From an uncultured cyanobacterium (lineage in GTDB: Bacteria > Cyanobacteriota > Cyanobacteriia > Cyanobacteriales > CAWUOF01), in NCBI GenBank assembly GCA_963744145.1, contig CAVUSO010000001.1:5056001-5120000 (forward strand): a DNA stretch of 64,000 nt, read 5' to 3'. The notes under the pieces are model-generated. The model worked only from the letters and a program-made list of their open reading frames with translations, was not told where the DNA came from and searched no databases. The translations under genes and the position numbers were made by a program. This document shows, in pieces, positions 33,576 through 43,599 of this stretch (the first letter of the stretch is position 1; each line of letters starts with the position of its first letter).

Positions 33576-33812
33576 ATATGCAAATTTTTCTAAATGGATT
33601 CAAAGTGAGCAATTGAAGGACTCTTGGTTTTTGCATTGGCAGGATGGAAAAGTCTATGGTTTACCCAAGAAATCAGAACCTCCTCAACCATTTGGTGAAG
33701 CCGTAGAGTTGGACTTGGGTGATGACTAATGTCGGTGTGGATGAAAGAACTCATCCCAATTTTCCATAGAATTCAGAAAAACCTAACCCCCCAACCCCCT
33801 TCCCTAGGAGGG

Positions 33813-35302
33813 CTACGGTGTACACACAAGTTGAGATAGAGTAAGGAGAGAAGGGAAGTAAGGAGAAAAAAGTAGTGGAAAATCCAATTTTAATTCATGT
33901 GCAACAATGTGAGAGAACAGCATTCGGAGATCCAAGACTGGGAAAAAGAGGGGCTTCATTGTATGCAGCAATGGCACAACATCAATCAGTAAATATTCGG
34001 AAAATCAGTAAAAATCGAGCCGAGCAAGTTGGATATTACCGATTTTTAGGGAATGAGAATGTAAAAACTGGAGAATTAGTCGTAAGTTTAGGAGAGCATT
34101 GCGCCTTACAGGTAGATGGAAAACACCACGTCTTAGCGATAAGTGATAGTAGTGAAATTAACTTAGAGTCTCACAAAGGGAGATTGAAATCCGAGGGAAT
34201 TGGAGTAGTAGGAAACAATCAAGATATCGGATTTTATATTCATCCCACACTGGTATTAGATGCAGAAAATGGATTCCCACTTGGATTAAGTACAGTGCAA
34301 TTGTGGACAAGAGAACCTGACCATCAGGATCAGCATGAAAGAAAATATAAAAACTTACCGATTGAAGAAAAAGAATCCTATAAATGGCTCAAGTCAGCCG
34401 CTCAAACCCGCACCTGTTTCAGCTGGTCTAATATGAAAATGGTGACTCATATAGGCGATCGGGAAAGCGATATATTTGAAGAATTTGTCAGAGTACCTAA
34501 TCAACAGCATCATCTCTTAATTAGAGTCGGACAGAACCGTCGGCTCAAAGAGCAGTCTGAGTCTCTGTATACCTATTTAAGTCAGCAACATTGTGAAGGA
34601 ACTTATGCCATTGAAGTCCAGGCTGACTCACGGGTTGGACGAACAGCGAGAGAAGCATTCATGTTAGTACGTTGTGCCCTCGTTCAAATTCAGCGTCCTG
34701 AGCATTTATCTGCCGCAGATTATCCAGAAAGTGTCAATCTTTACGCAGTGGAAGCTGTAGAAGTCAATCCACCAAAAGGTCAACAACCGATTCACTGGCG
34801 ATTACTCACTACACATAGAGTAGTTTGTATTGAACAAGCATTACAAGTAATTGAATGGTACAAATGGCGCTGGCGGATTGAACAACTGTTTGCTACCCTC
34901 AAATCCGTTGGCTTAGATCTCGAAGCAACTCAATTAGAGTCAATTAAATCTATTCAAAAATTGTGTGTTTTAGCTTTATCGGTAGCTGTCAGAATTTTGC
35001 AGTTAATTGTCGGGCGTGACCAGCCTGAATTACCTGCAACCTACGCATTCAATGATGAACAACAGCAATGTTTATCCCAGATTGCTCCCACTGTTTCCGG
35101 ACCAACTTTAGCACAACAAAATCCTTATCCACCTCATTCTTTACCTTGGGCAACTTGGATTATTGCTCGACTGGGTGGTTGGTCTGGCTATCGGTCTCAA
35201 AAACCGCCAGGAATTACTACTTTAGTGCGCGGACTAAGCCAATTTCAATCCTTTTTTGATGGCTGGAAACTCGCTCTAGGTATGGTTGTGTGTACACCGT
35301 AG
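33813..35302 (+). mobile_element. IS4-family (IS50/Tn5-like) insertion sequence
   Basis: TIRs ctacggtgtacacacaa / ttgtgtgtacaccgtag; 11-bp target duplication ccctaggaggg at 33802-33812 and 35303-35313. Confidence 0.92.
33875..35302 (+). CDS. IS4-family transposase
   Basis: FGDPRL, DRESD, YKWRWRIEQLFATLK (YREK-like), IARLGGW. Confidence 0.92.
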   Translation: MENPILIHVQQCERTAFGDPRLGKRGASLYAAMAQHQSVNIRKISKNRAEQVGYYRFLGNENVKTGELVVSLGEHCALQVDGKHHVLAISDSSEINLESHKGRLKSEGIGVVGNNQDIGFYIHPTLVLDAENGFPLGLSTVQLWTREPDHQDQHERKYKNLPIEEKESYKWLKSAAQTRTCFSWSNMKMVTHIGDRESDIFEEFVRVPNQQHHLLIRVGQNRRLKEQSESLYTYLSQQHCEGTYAIEVQADSRVGRTAREAFMLVRCALVQIQRPEHLSAADYPESVNLYAVEAVEVNPPKGQQPIHWRLLTTHRVVCIEQALQVIEWYKWRWRIEQLFATLKSVGLDLEATQLESIKSIQKLCVLALSVAVRILQLIVGRDQPELPATYAFNDEQQQCLSQIAPTVSGPTLAQQNPYPPHSLPWATWIIARLGGWSGYRSQKPPGITTLVRGLSQFQSFFDGWKLALGMVVCTP

Positions 35303-35610
35303 CCCTAGGAGGGAAGGGGGAGAAATAGCTCACTAATTTTACTTGGGTTTCTGCTGATAATTCTGACTCCCCTTTCCTCTTAGGAGAGGGGTTGGGGGAG
35401 AGGTCTATTGCTGCGATCGCTCCCATTTCTCCTCATAATTCTGACTCCCCTTTCCTCTTAGGAGAGGGGTTGGGGGAGAGGTCTATTGCTGCGATTACTT
35501 CTATAATACTCTCATGCTTAAGCTTTACATAAAATTGAGATTAGGAAAACGCCCTTTCCTTAAATAAACCATAATTGCGTTCAATGTTTCTCTGAGCAGA
35601 CAGCGCAATT

Positions 35611-36606
35611 ATGTCAAAAAAATTTCCCACCAATAGCGATCGAGATGTTTTATCAACATCCCTGGTTGAAGAGTTTCTGAGTTTAGCCAATTTTCAGCGA
35701 GCCTGGGAAAAGGTAGCTTTCAATAAAGGTAGTGCTGGGATTGATGAAGAAACGATCGATAAATTTAAGCAGAATTTAAAAGCAAATCTTTCTCAATTGA
35801 GAGAATCTGTTGCTAATAGTACCTATCAAGCACTTCCCTGTAAACAAGTTTTAATCCCTAAAAATCAAGACAGTTGGCGAGAATTAAGAATTCCGGCTGT
35901 TAGAGATAGAATTGTTCAGCAAGCTTTATTAAATGTTCTTGCTCCAGTCTGGGAAAATAAGTTTTCTAAGTCTAGTTTTGCTTATCGTCCAGATTTATCT
36001 TACTTAGATGCTGTTGAAGAAGTCGCTCGCTGTCGAGATTTAGGTTATGTATGGGTACTGGATGCAGACATCACTCAATATTTTAATAATATTGACCACC
36101 AAAGGTTATTGAGAGAAGTTAGAAAGCACATCGATAATCCAGGGATTCTCTGTCTGATTAAATCTTGGATTTCTACTGAAATCGCCACAGAACAGGGAGT
36201 GATTAGAAATGAAAAAGGAATTCCTCAAGGTGCTGTGATTTCGCCTTTATTAGCTAATATTTACTTGGATGAGTTTGACCATTTTTTCTCTGATTCTGAG
36301 TTGCAGTTAATCCGTTATGCTGATGATTTTTTGGTATTAGCTTACTCCCGAGAGCAAATTGTTCAAGCTTATTCAGAAGTAAACCGATTACTCAAATCAA
36401 TGGGATTAGAGCTACATTCTGAGAAAACTCAGATTACCAGTTTTGAGCGGGGATTTCGATTTTTAGGTCATGGTTTTTTAGAAAATGCTATTTTTCCTTT
36501 GGAGTCTGCTAAAACTCAGCAGAAGTTAGTATCAGGAGAAAGTAATGGTAAAAAAAAAGTCTCCTGCTCGAAACAGAAAAGGAAACGGAAGCGGCATCTG
36601 CGTTAA
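35611..36606 (+). CDS. CRISPR-associated group II intron-like reverse transcriptase
   Basis: IPAVRDRIVQ, SFAYRP, GIPQGAVISPLLANIYL, RYADD, FLG; immediately upstream of cas1. Confidence 0.93.
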   Translation: MSKKFPTNSDRDVLSTSLVEEFLSLANFQRAWEKVAFNKGSAGIDEETIDKFKQNLKANLSQLRESVANSTYQALPCKQVLIPKNQDSWRELRIPAVRDRIVQQALLNVLAPVWENKFSKSSFAYRPDLSYLDAVEEVARCRDLGYVWVLDADITQYFNNIDHQRLLREVRKHIDNPGILCLIKSWISTEIATEQGVIRNEKGIPQGAVISPLLANIYLDEFDHFFSDSELQLIRYADDFLVLAYSREQIVQAYSEVNRLLKSMGLELHSEKTQITSFERGFRFLGHGFLENAIFPLESAKTQQKLVSGESNGKKKVSCSKQKRKRKRHLR

Positions 36607-37697
36607 GTCTTTCTCCGGTAGCTTCTACCCCTTTAGAGGTGGTTAAATCTGAGGGTTTTGAGGATGCTTCTAAAAATATTTGGAACAAGAACATGGCTAC
36701 TATTTATTTAATTGAACAAGGAACGGCGGTTTATAAAGAAAATTTGCGGTTTGTGATTTGGGTTTCTGATGAAGAAAGAAAAGAAATTCCCATTCGAGAA
36801 GTGGAAAGAATTCTGGTGTTTGGTAATATCCAAGTTTCAACTCAAGCGATAAATGCTTGTCTGGAAGAGAAAATCATCATTCTATTTTTAAACCGGTCCG
36901 GGCACTATAAAGGTCATCTTTGGAATTGGGAACATACCCATTTAGCTAATGAATTATTGCAAATTCAAAAATGGCAAAATATGCCGTTTCAATTACAAGT
37001 TTCTCAAGCAATTGTTCGCGGAAAGTTACTGAACTCGAAGCAATTATTGTTAAGGTTAAACCGGAAACGGAAAGTAGCAGAAGTTGCCCGGGCGATCGCG
37101 GGTATTAGTTCTGATATTAACACTCTGACGACAGTTGATAATCTTGATAGTTTACGGGGTTATGAAGGTATTGGTGCCGCCCGATATTTTCCAGCATTTG
37201 GTAAATTAATTACTAATTCTGGGTTTAAATTTTCTCTACGAAACCGTCAACCTCCCACCGATCCTGTTAATTCTTTATTAAGTTTTGGCTACACCCTTTT
37301 ATTTAATAATGTTTTGAGTTTAATCGTAGCTGAGGGTCTGTCTCCTTATTTTGGTAATTTCCACTATGGAGAAGATAAAAAACCCTATCTGGCTTTTGAC
37401 CTGATGGAAGAGTTTCGATCGCCGATTGTTGATGGTCTGGTGATCAAATTAATCAATAGCTCGGTTTTCAAGCCTACTGACTTTGAATTTGTTGCTAGCA
37501 CACAAGGAGTTTATTTAAGACATTCTGCTAGACGAGGGTTTCTCGAACAGTTTGAAAAACGTATGAATGAAGAAGTTTCTCATCCTGATTTACAATCGCA
37601 AGTTTCTTATCGAGAGGCTATTCAATTGCAGGTTCGACGCTACAAACGTAGTCTGTTACATGGGCTTGACTATGAACCTTTTTTGAGAACGATATAA
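36552..37697 (+). CDS. cas1: Cas1 (stand-alone start probably ATG 36693; the frame is open back to 36552 and may fuse to RT)
   Basis: LRGYEG..YF, DPVNSLLSFGY, H..LAFDLMEEFR..D. Confidence 0.95.
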   Translation, partial: KKSLLLETEKETEAASALSLSPVASTPLEVVKSEGFEDASKNIWNKNMATIYLIEQGTAVYKENLRFVIWVSDEERKEIPIREVERILVFGNIQVSTQAINACLEEKIIILFLNRSGHYKGHLWNWEHTHLANELLQIQKWQNMPFQLQVSQAIVRGKLLNSKQLLLRLNRKRKVAEVARAIAGISSDINTLTTVDNLDSLRGYEGIGAARYFPAFGKLITNSGFKFSLRNRQPPTDPVNSLLSFGYTLLFNNVLSLIVAEGLSPYFGNFHYGEDKKPYLAFDLMEEFRSPIVDGLVIKLINSSVFKPTDFEFVASTQGVYLRHSARRGFLEQFEKRMNEEVSHPDLQSQVSYREAIQLQVRRYKRSLLHGLDYEPFLRTI

Positions 37698-37713
37698 AGC
37701 TGCGGTTTAACTC

Positions 37714-37986
37714 ATGGTGGTTGTAGTGTACGACATTCCCGATGATAAAAGACGCACCAAGTTGTCTAATTTTCTAGAGGGCTATGGGACAAGAGTTCAG
37801 TGGTCTGTGTTTGAGTGTTTTATCACCTTAGACGAGATGCGAGTGTTACATGAGAAGGTGAAAAAACTTGTCAAGTCAGCGGAAGATGATGTTCGTTTCT
37901 ACTGGCTCTCTCCTGAAGCTGGGTCAATGGTTTTAACTATTGGTAGCGAAAAGCCTCAACCTCCCCCAAAGTATTATGTAATCTAG
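37714..37986 (+). CDS. cas2: Cas2
   Basis: VVYDIPDDKRR..GYGTRVQWSVFEC. Confidence 0.95.
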   Translation: MVVVVYDIPDDKRRTKLSNFLEGYGTRVQWSVFECFITLDEMRVLHEKVKKLVKSAEDDVRFYWLSPEAGSMVLTIGSEKPQPPPKYYVI

Positions 37987-38500
37987 ATTTTCACTGTAGT
38001 GCTAGTGTGTGGATGACACATGTACACACTAGCGAGGATTGCTGCGGACACTTAAGTCCCAGCAATCCAGAAATTCCTGTAATAGACCTCTTGCAAAAGT
38101 GCGATCGCACCTCAAAAACATCTAAACTGCACAATTGTTCACCCAAATTGAAACTGTGTAGCTTCGACGCGTGTAAACGCTATAATCACTACATAGTAAA
38201 GACTAAACGCGAAAATATTAATCTCAGTAAAAATTACCTTTACCAGTTTCTCTAGAAAATTAGATGTTTTGATATCGAAAATGGGACAAATAGCCATAAG
38301 AGTTGCTGGTTGCTTAATAGTTGCTATTGGGCGATCGCCTATTCTGATATTTGGCCACTTACAACGGGACTTTAAGATTTTTCTGGGGCTGGCGATCGCC
38401 AGCACCGGGATTAGTTCTTTTTGGGACAAACCTATGGGATAATTAGAAGGTGGACACTAAGTTTTTCCATATCCTGACTCAAAGTTTTCTTAGTGGTTTT

Positions 38501-38921
38501 GGTGTGTAGATACGAGAACTTGTTGATCCATATTTTGCTGTCTACTATCTCAAAGTCTTGCTATATAAAGGTTTTCAAAGATTATGGGAGTTTTGCTATA
38601 CTTACCGACACACCTCTGAGCTTGCTTGGCTGCTTTGGTGTGTCGGTACGAGAATTTGTTAATGTCTGTTTTACATTCTACTAGGTCAAAGTCTTGCAGC
38701 ATAAAGCTTTTAAAGAATTACGGGAGTTTTGCTATGCTTGCCGACACACCTCCGCTGATGCTGAAAACGCCTATTTTCTCGTTGAAGTGTGTCGATGCCT
38801 TGTCAGATATAGGTTTCAGACTGCTTATTTTTGATGCTATATTCATCCTGGCTTGTGCTAAAATGAGGTGTGTCGATTTGACGGCTGAAACTCTCTCTGG
38901 GTATAGGCTGCCAGACGAACT
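38501..38921 (+). promoter_or_regulatory. CRISPR leader with a 136-bp tandem duplication
   Basis: Non-coding stretch before the first repeat; recurring GTGTGTCG motifs. Confidence 0.7.
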
Positions 38922-41900
38922 CCCTACCGATGGGCTTAAATCGGACTAGTTGGAAACCATTCGGACTTCCCAGGACCTAGGTGCCTTGCAATCCATCCCT
39001 ACCGATGGGCTTAAATCGGACTAGTTGGAAACCCTGTGTCGTGACAATCCATACAGTGACCATTCTCCGTGCCCTACCGATGGGCTTAAATCGGACTAGT
39101 TGGAAACGAGAAATTGCTGCACAAATAATTCCCTAGGGAACCCTACCGATGGGCTTAAATCGGACTAGTTGGAAACTTTCCTAAGAAACGTCCGTCGATG
39201 TCAGTTTTTGACTTTCCCTACCGATGGGCTTAAATCGGACTAGTTGGAAACGACCAAATTGGATAAACCTCTCCAATTTGGTAGTACCCTACCGATGGGC
39301 TTAAATCGGACTAGTTGGAAACGCGCATTAAACACTGCCTTTTGGCAGTTTCCGTTTATGGTGCCCTACCGATGGGCTTAAATCGGACTAGTTGGAAACA
39401 ATGTCATATCGTTCCTGGATGGGCATGGGATTTTTGAGCTGCCCTACCGATGGGCTTAAATCGGACTAGTTGGAAACGTTGCCTTTTGGCAGTTCGAATT
39501 GACGGTGACGCCACCGGCCCTACCGATGGGCTTAAATCGGACTAGTTGGAAACAAAGCGACGCCAACACCAACACAAGAAGCAACATTTTTGACCCTACC
39601 GATGGGCTTAAATCGGACTAGTTGGAAACACAACGACAGGATGTCGCCCGGAAGGGCAGCTAACTTGCCCCTACCGATGGGCTTAAATCGGACTAGTTGG
39701 AAACCTGGCGTCAACGCTGTGCGCGCCTTGTTGTTGGTCGCCCTACCGATGGGCTTAAATCGGACTAGTTGGAAACCTAACTCGTCATACAGACCAGCAG
39801 CCCGGAAGGTTGCTAGCCCTACCGATGGGCTTAAATCGGACTAGTTGGAAACGGAATTATTCCGCTTGTCGTAGTTAAAAATTACACCACCCTACCGATG
39901 GGCTTAAATCGGACTAGTTGGAAACGCCCAGAACCAAAGAAAACATTAACAAAGCGGAAACCCTACCGATGGGCTTAAATCGGACTAGTTGGAAACCCGT
40001 GAACATCGGGGCAGACGTAGGTGTCCCCCCCTTTACCCTACCGATGGGCTTAAATCGGACTAGTTGGAAACACAAGCGGGGCGCCCCTGTGAGTCCTTAG
40101 GGCACTCTTCCCCTACCGATGGGCTTAAATCGGACTAGTTGGAAACTTTTTTGATTGAGCGGATAACACCCTGGCGGGTGCTTCCCTACCGATGGGCTTA
40201 AATCGGACTAGTTGGAAACTTTTTTGGGCAGGACCGGTTTACCGTCTGGCCCCAACCCACCCTACCGATGGGCTTAAATCGGACTAGTTGGAAACCGACC
40301 TCCCTTTCGGTCAACCACCACGGGGCCCTACCGATGGGCTTAAATCGGACTAGTTGGAAACTGCTGGTCTTGGGAACAACCGTAGACGGTGTTCCCCCTA
40401 CCGATGGGCTTAAATCGGACTAGTTGGAAACCTGTAGTCTTGAACATAAGCTGGGTGTTGTGCGACCCTACCGATGGGCTTAAATCGGACTAGTTGGAAA
40501 CTTGCAATCGTCGAGGACCTGCTGCTGTCTGACCCTACCGATGGGCTTAAATCGGACTAGTTGGAAACCCCCAAAACCTCGATAGAGGAGGTAAGGTAGG
40601 GTAGTTTTAACCCCCTACCGATGGGCTTAAATCGGACTAGTTGGAAACCGACCGTCACGCTCCTCAATGATTATGGAGCCCTCCCTACCGATGGGCTTAA
40701 ATCGGACTAGTTGGAAACCAGTCGAGGCTGTGGGGTGCGTTCTTTGCAGCCGTCGAGGCCCTACCGATGGGCTTAAATCGGACTAGTTGGAAACGTCCAA
40801 GTGCCCCCGAGGATATCGCATTGTGCTTTAGTTGCCCTACCGATGGGCTTAAATCGGACTAGTTGGAAACCTTTCGCTTAAGTTGGTGTAGGTAGGGGAA
40901 AACCCTACCGATGGGCTTAAATCGGACTAGTTGGAAACTATATACGATGAGGTGAGGACCATCTCCGCTATTGACCCTACCGATGGGCTTAAATCGGACT
41001 AGTTGGAAACTTTCCGTCAGACGAGCATTCCGTTTCCGCTACCTTCCCTACCGATGGGCTTAAATCGGACTAGTTGGAAACCTGTCGGCAGCGTTGAAAT
41101 TGAAGTATCCAACACACCCCTACCGATGGGCTTAAATCGGACTAGTTGGAAACGTATTGTTGCTAAGGAGCAACTTATAACGTACCCCGCCCTACCGATG
41201 GGCTTAAATCGGACTAGTTGGAAACTCTTCTGGTCAACCACAACAGGGTGTTGCCCTGTTGGACAACCCTACCGATGGGCTTAAATCGGACTAGTTGGAA
41301 ACTATATTAGCTACAAAAAGACTTGCAGCCGAAAAAGCAGAACCCTACCGATGGGCTTAAATCGGACTAGTTGGAAACGACATCGTGTGCGCCCGACTGT
41401 TGGTCGGGGTTACACCCCTACCGATGGGCTTAAATCGGACTAGTTGGAAACACCGTTATGGTGGTGTGGATGTGCTGGTCTGGCAACTGGCCCTACCGAT
41501 GGGCTTAAATCGGACTAGTTGGAAACTGGCAGGTTGGCCCGCCATCGATGCTGTGTACCGCCCTACCGATGGGCTTAAATCGGACTAGTTGGAAACGACA
41601 TCGAACCTTATGATGCCCAGCGGGGCGATGGCAGCCCTACCGATGGGCTTAAATCGGACTAGTTGGAAACTTACAGGCTAGATCAAGTGTCGCGGGTGCT
41701 TAGGACCCTACCGATGGGCTTAAATCGGACTAGTTGGAAACTTTTTAGCAGACATATTTTTTCGTCCTTAGATAAAAGCCCTACCGATGGGCTTAAATCG
41801 GACTAGTTGGAAACGCTCGGTGCACCATGCTTCTGTCACATCTTGGGCCGTGCCCTACCGATGGGCTTAAATCGGACTAGTTGGAAACTTTTACGTATCT

Positions 41901-43362
41901 CTCACTCATCATTGAGTGATATACGCCCTACCGATGGGCTTAAATCGGACTAGTTGGAAACGACTGACTGTTGGAAGTCAGGTACTGTCCCGCCCCTACC
42001 GATGGGCTTAAATCGGACTAGTTGGAAACTTTTTACAGGTTCCCAAGGCTTCCCCGTTGGAGTCCTTCCCTACCGATGGGCTTAAATCGGACTAGTTGGA
42101 AACAGTACAGAAGCAACAGCAACACCGATACCAACAATAACACCACCCTACCGATGGGCTTAAATCGGACTAGTTGGAAACTTTATCGAGACGCCACCGG
42201 TGGCGTCTATATCGTGCGACCCCTACCGATGGGCTTAAATCGGACTAGTTGGAAACTTTATCGGGGGTGGGATGGCAAACGATCACTTTGCCCCTACCGA
42301 TGGGCTTAAATCGGACTAGTTGGAAACGCGAGGTTGCAGTCAGTATCGTACCACTGCACTCCACCCCTACCGATGGGCTTAAATCGGACTAGTTGGAAAC
42401 GTCTGACAGCTCTTGCCGTCAGCGGAACACTCGGTTTCCGCCCTACCGATGGGCTTAAATCGGACTAGTTGGAAACTTTTCTCCTATCCCCGTTAGCCTA
42501 GATCATTAGCTTTACTTCCCTACCGATGGGCTTAAATCGGACTAGTTGGAAACTCTGTCTTTCCGTTAGCGGTCCAGGTACCGCCTACCCTACCGATGGG
42601 CTTAAATCGGACTAGTTGGAAACAGGTTATTGTTGCTACGAAGTTTAAGGAATTGAAAGATCCCTACCGATGGGCTTAAATCGGACTAGTTGGAAACCAA
42701 ACAAAGTCGCAGAAGAATCGAATACAAAGCCCTACCGATGGGCTTAAATCGGACTAGTTGGAAACCCTTGACTACAGCGGCAGCAGCAGCAACACCAAGC
42801 AAAGCCCTACCGATGGGCTTAAATCGGACTAGTTGGAAACGCAATAGCAGCAAGGGCTAGAAGGGCTAGTAGAGCAACACCCTACCGATGGGCTTAAATC
42901 GGACTAGTTGGAAACTTGAAAGCGCCGCTTCAGCTCTGGTGAGCTGTTTGGCCCTACCGATGGGCTTAAATCGGACTAGTTGGAAACGCTGTAAAAGGAC
43001 TCCACGGCCAGCGTTGTTATCCCTACCGATGGGCTTAAATCGGACTAGTTGGAAACCTACGGCAACAGCAACAACAAACAATTTGATAGAAGACCCCTAC
43101 CGATGGGCTTAAATCGGACTAGTTGGAAACTAGAGCATCCCGCTCTTCAATTAGGAGCGTTCCTTTCTTCCCCACGCCCTACCGATGGGCTTAAATCGGA
43201 CTAGTTGGAAACAAGGGACGGTTGGACCAAATGCTGGGAAATCTACCAACCCTACCGATGGGCTTAAATCGGACTAGTTGGAAACGTGTACAGTTCAGCC
43301 TTAATCGCTGCTATTGCAGCTTTAGGCCCTACCGATGGGCTTAAATCGGACTAGTTGGAAAC
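38922..43362 (+). CRISPR. CRISPR array of ~61 copies of the 36-bp repeat CCCTACCGATGGGCTTAAATCGGACTAGTTGGAAAC, ~60 spacers of ~30-46 bp
   Basis: Manual count; the 3' GAAAC end and the upstream leader indicate + orientation. Confidence 0.98.
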
Positions 43363-43379
43363 GGTACTCCAATAATGGA

Positions 43380-43544
43380 GTTTACAGCCCCCGACGAAAA
43401 CGTATTAATCCCCGTGTTGTCAAAATTAAAATATCCAAATTCAAGCGCAAAAACTCTTCCCATAAATCTGAATTCAGAGACATGGAAAAAGAGTTGGAAA
43501 TCCTTCCCTCGCAAGCAGTATGATAATTTCATTCACGGGTATTG
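43380..43544 (+). mobile_element. 3' remnant of an IS4-family transposase abutting the array end
   Basis: PRRKRINPRVVKIKISKFKRK resembles IS4-family C-termini; ends in ..cgggtattg. Confidence 0.55.
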
Positions 43545-43599
43545 ATTTTTAACCATCTATCCGAAGCCAAACGCGAAAAAGTGTTAAATTTTGCCCGTT

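Noticed and set aside
35611..36606. Group II intron, retron or DGR reverse transcriptase
   Set aside because: No maturase domain, intron ends, msr-msd or TR/VR pair seen; it is directly coupled to cas1-cas2-array
38007..38949. Short ORFs between cas2 and the array, including a 53-aa hydrophobic ORF at 38281-38442
   Set aside because: No recognisable motif; they overlap the leader duplication and a MITE end
39033..39071. Spacer whose antisense strand encodes CMDCH (heme-binding-like)
   Set aside because: Single short instance with another frame also open; could be chance
39532..43523. ORFs with repeated LPMGLNRTSWK or FQLVRFKPIGR
   Set aside because: These are translations of the CRISPR repeat, not genes
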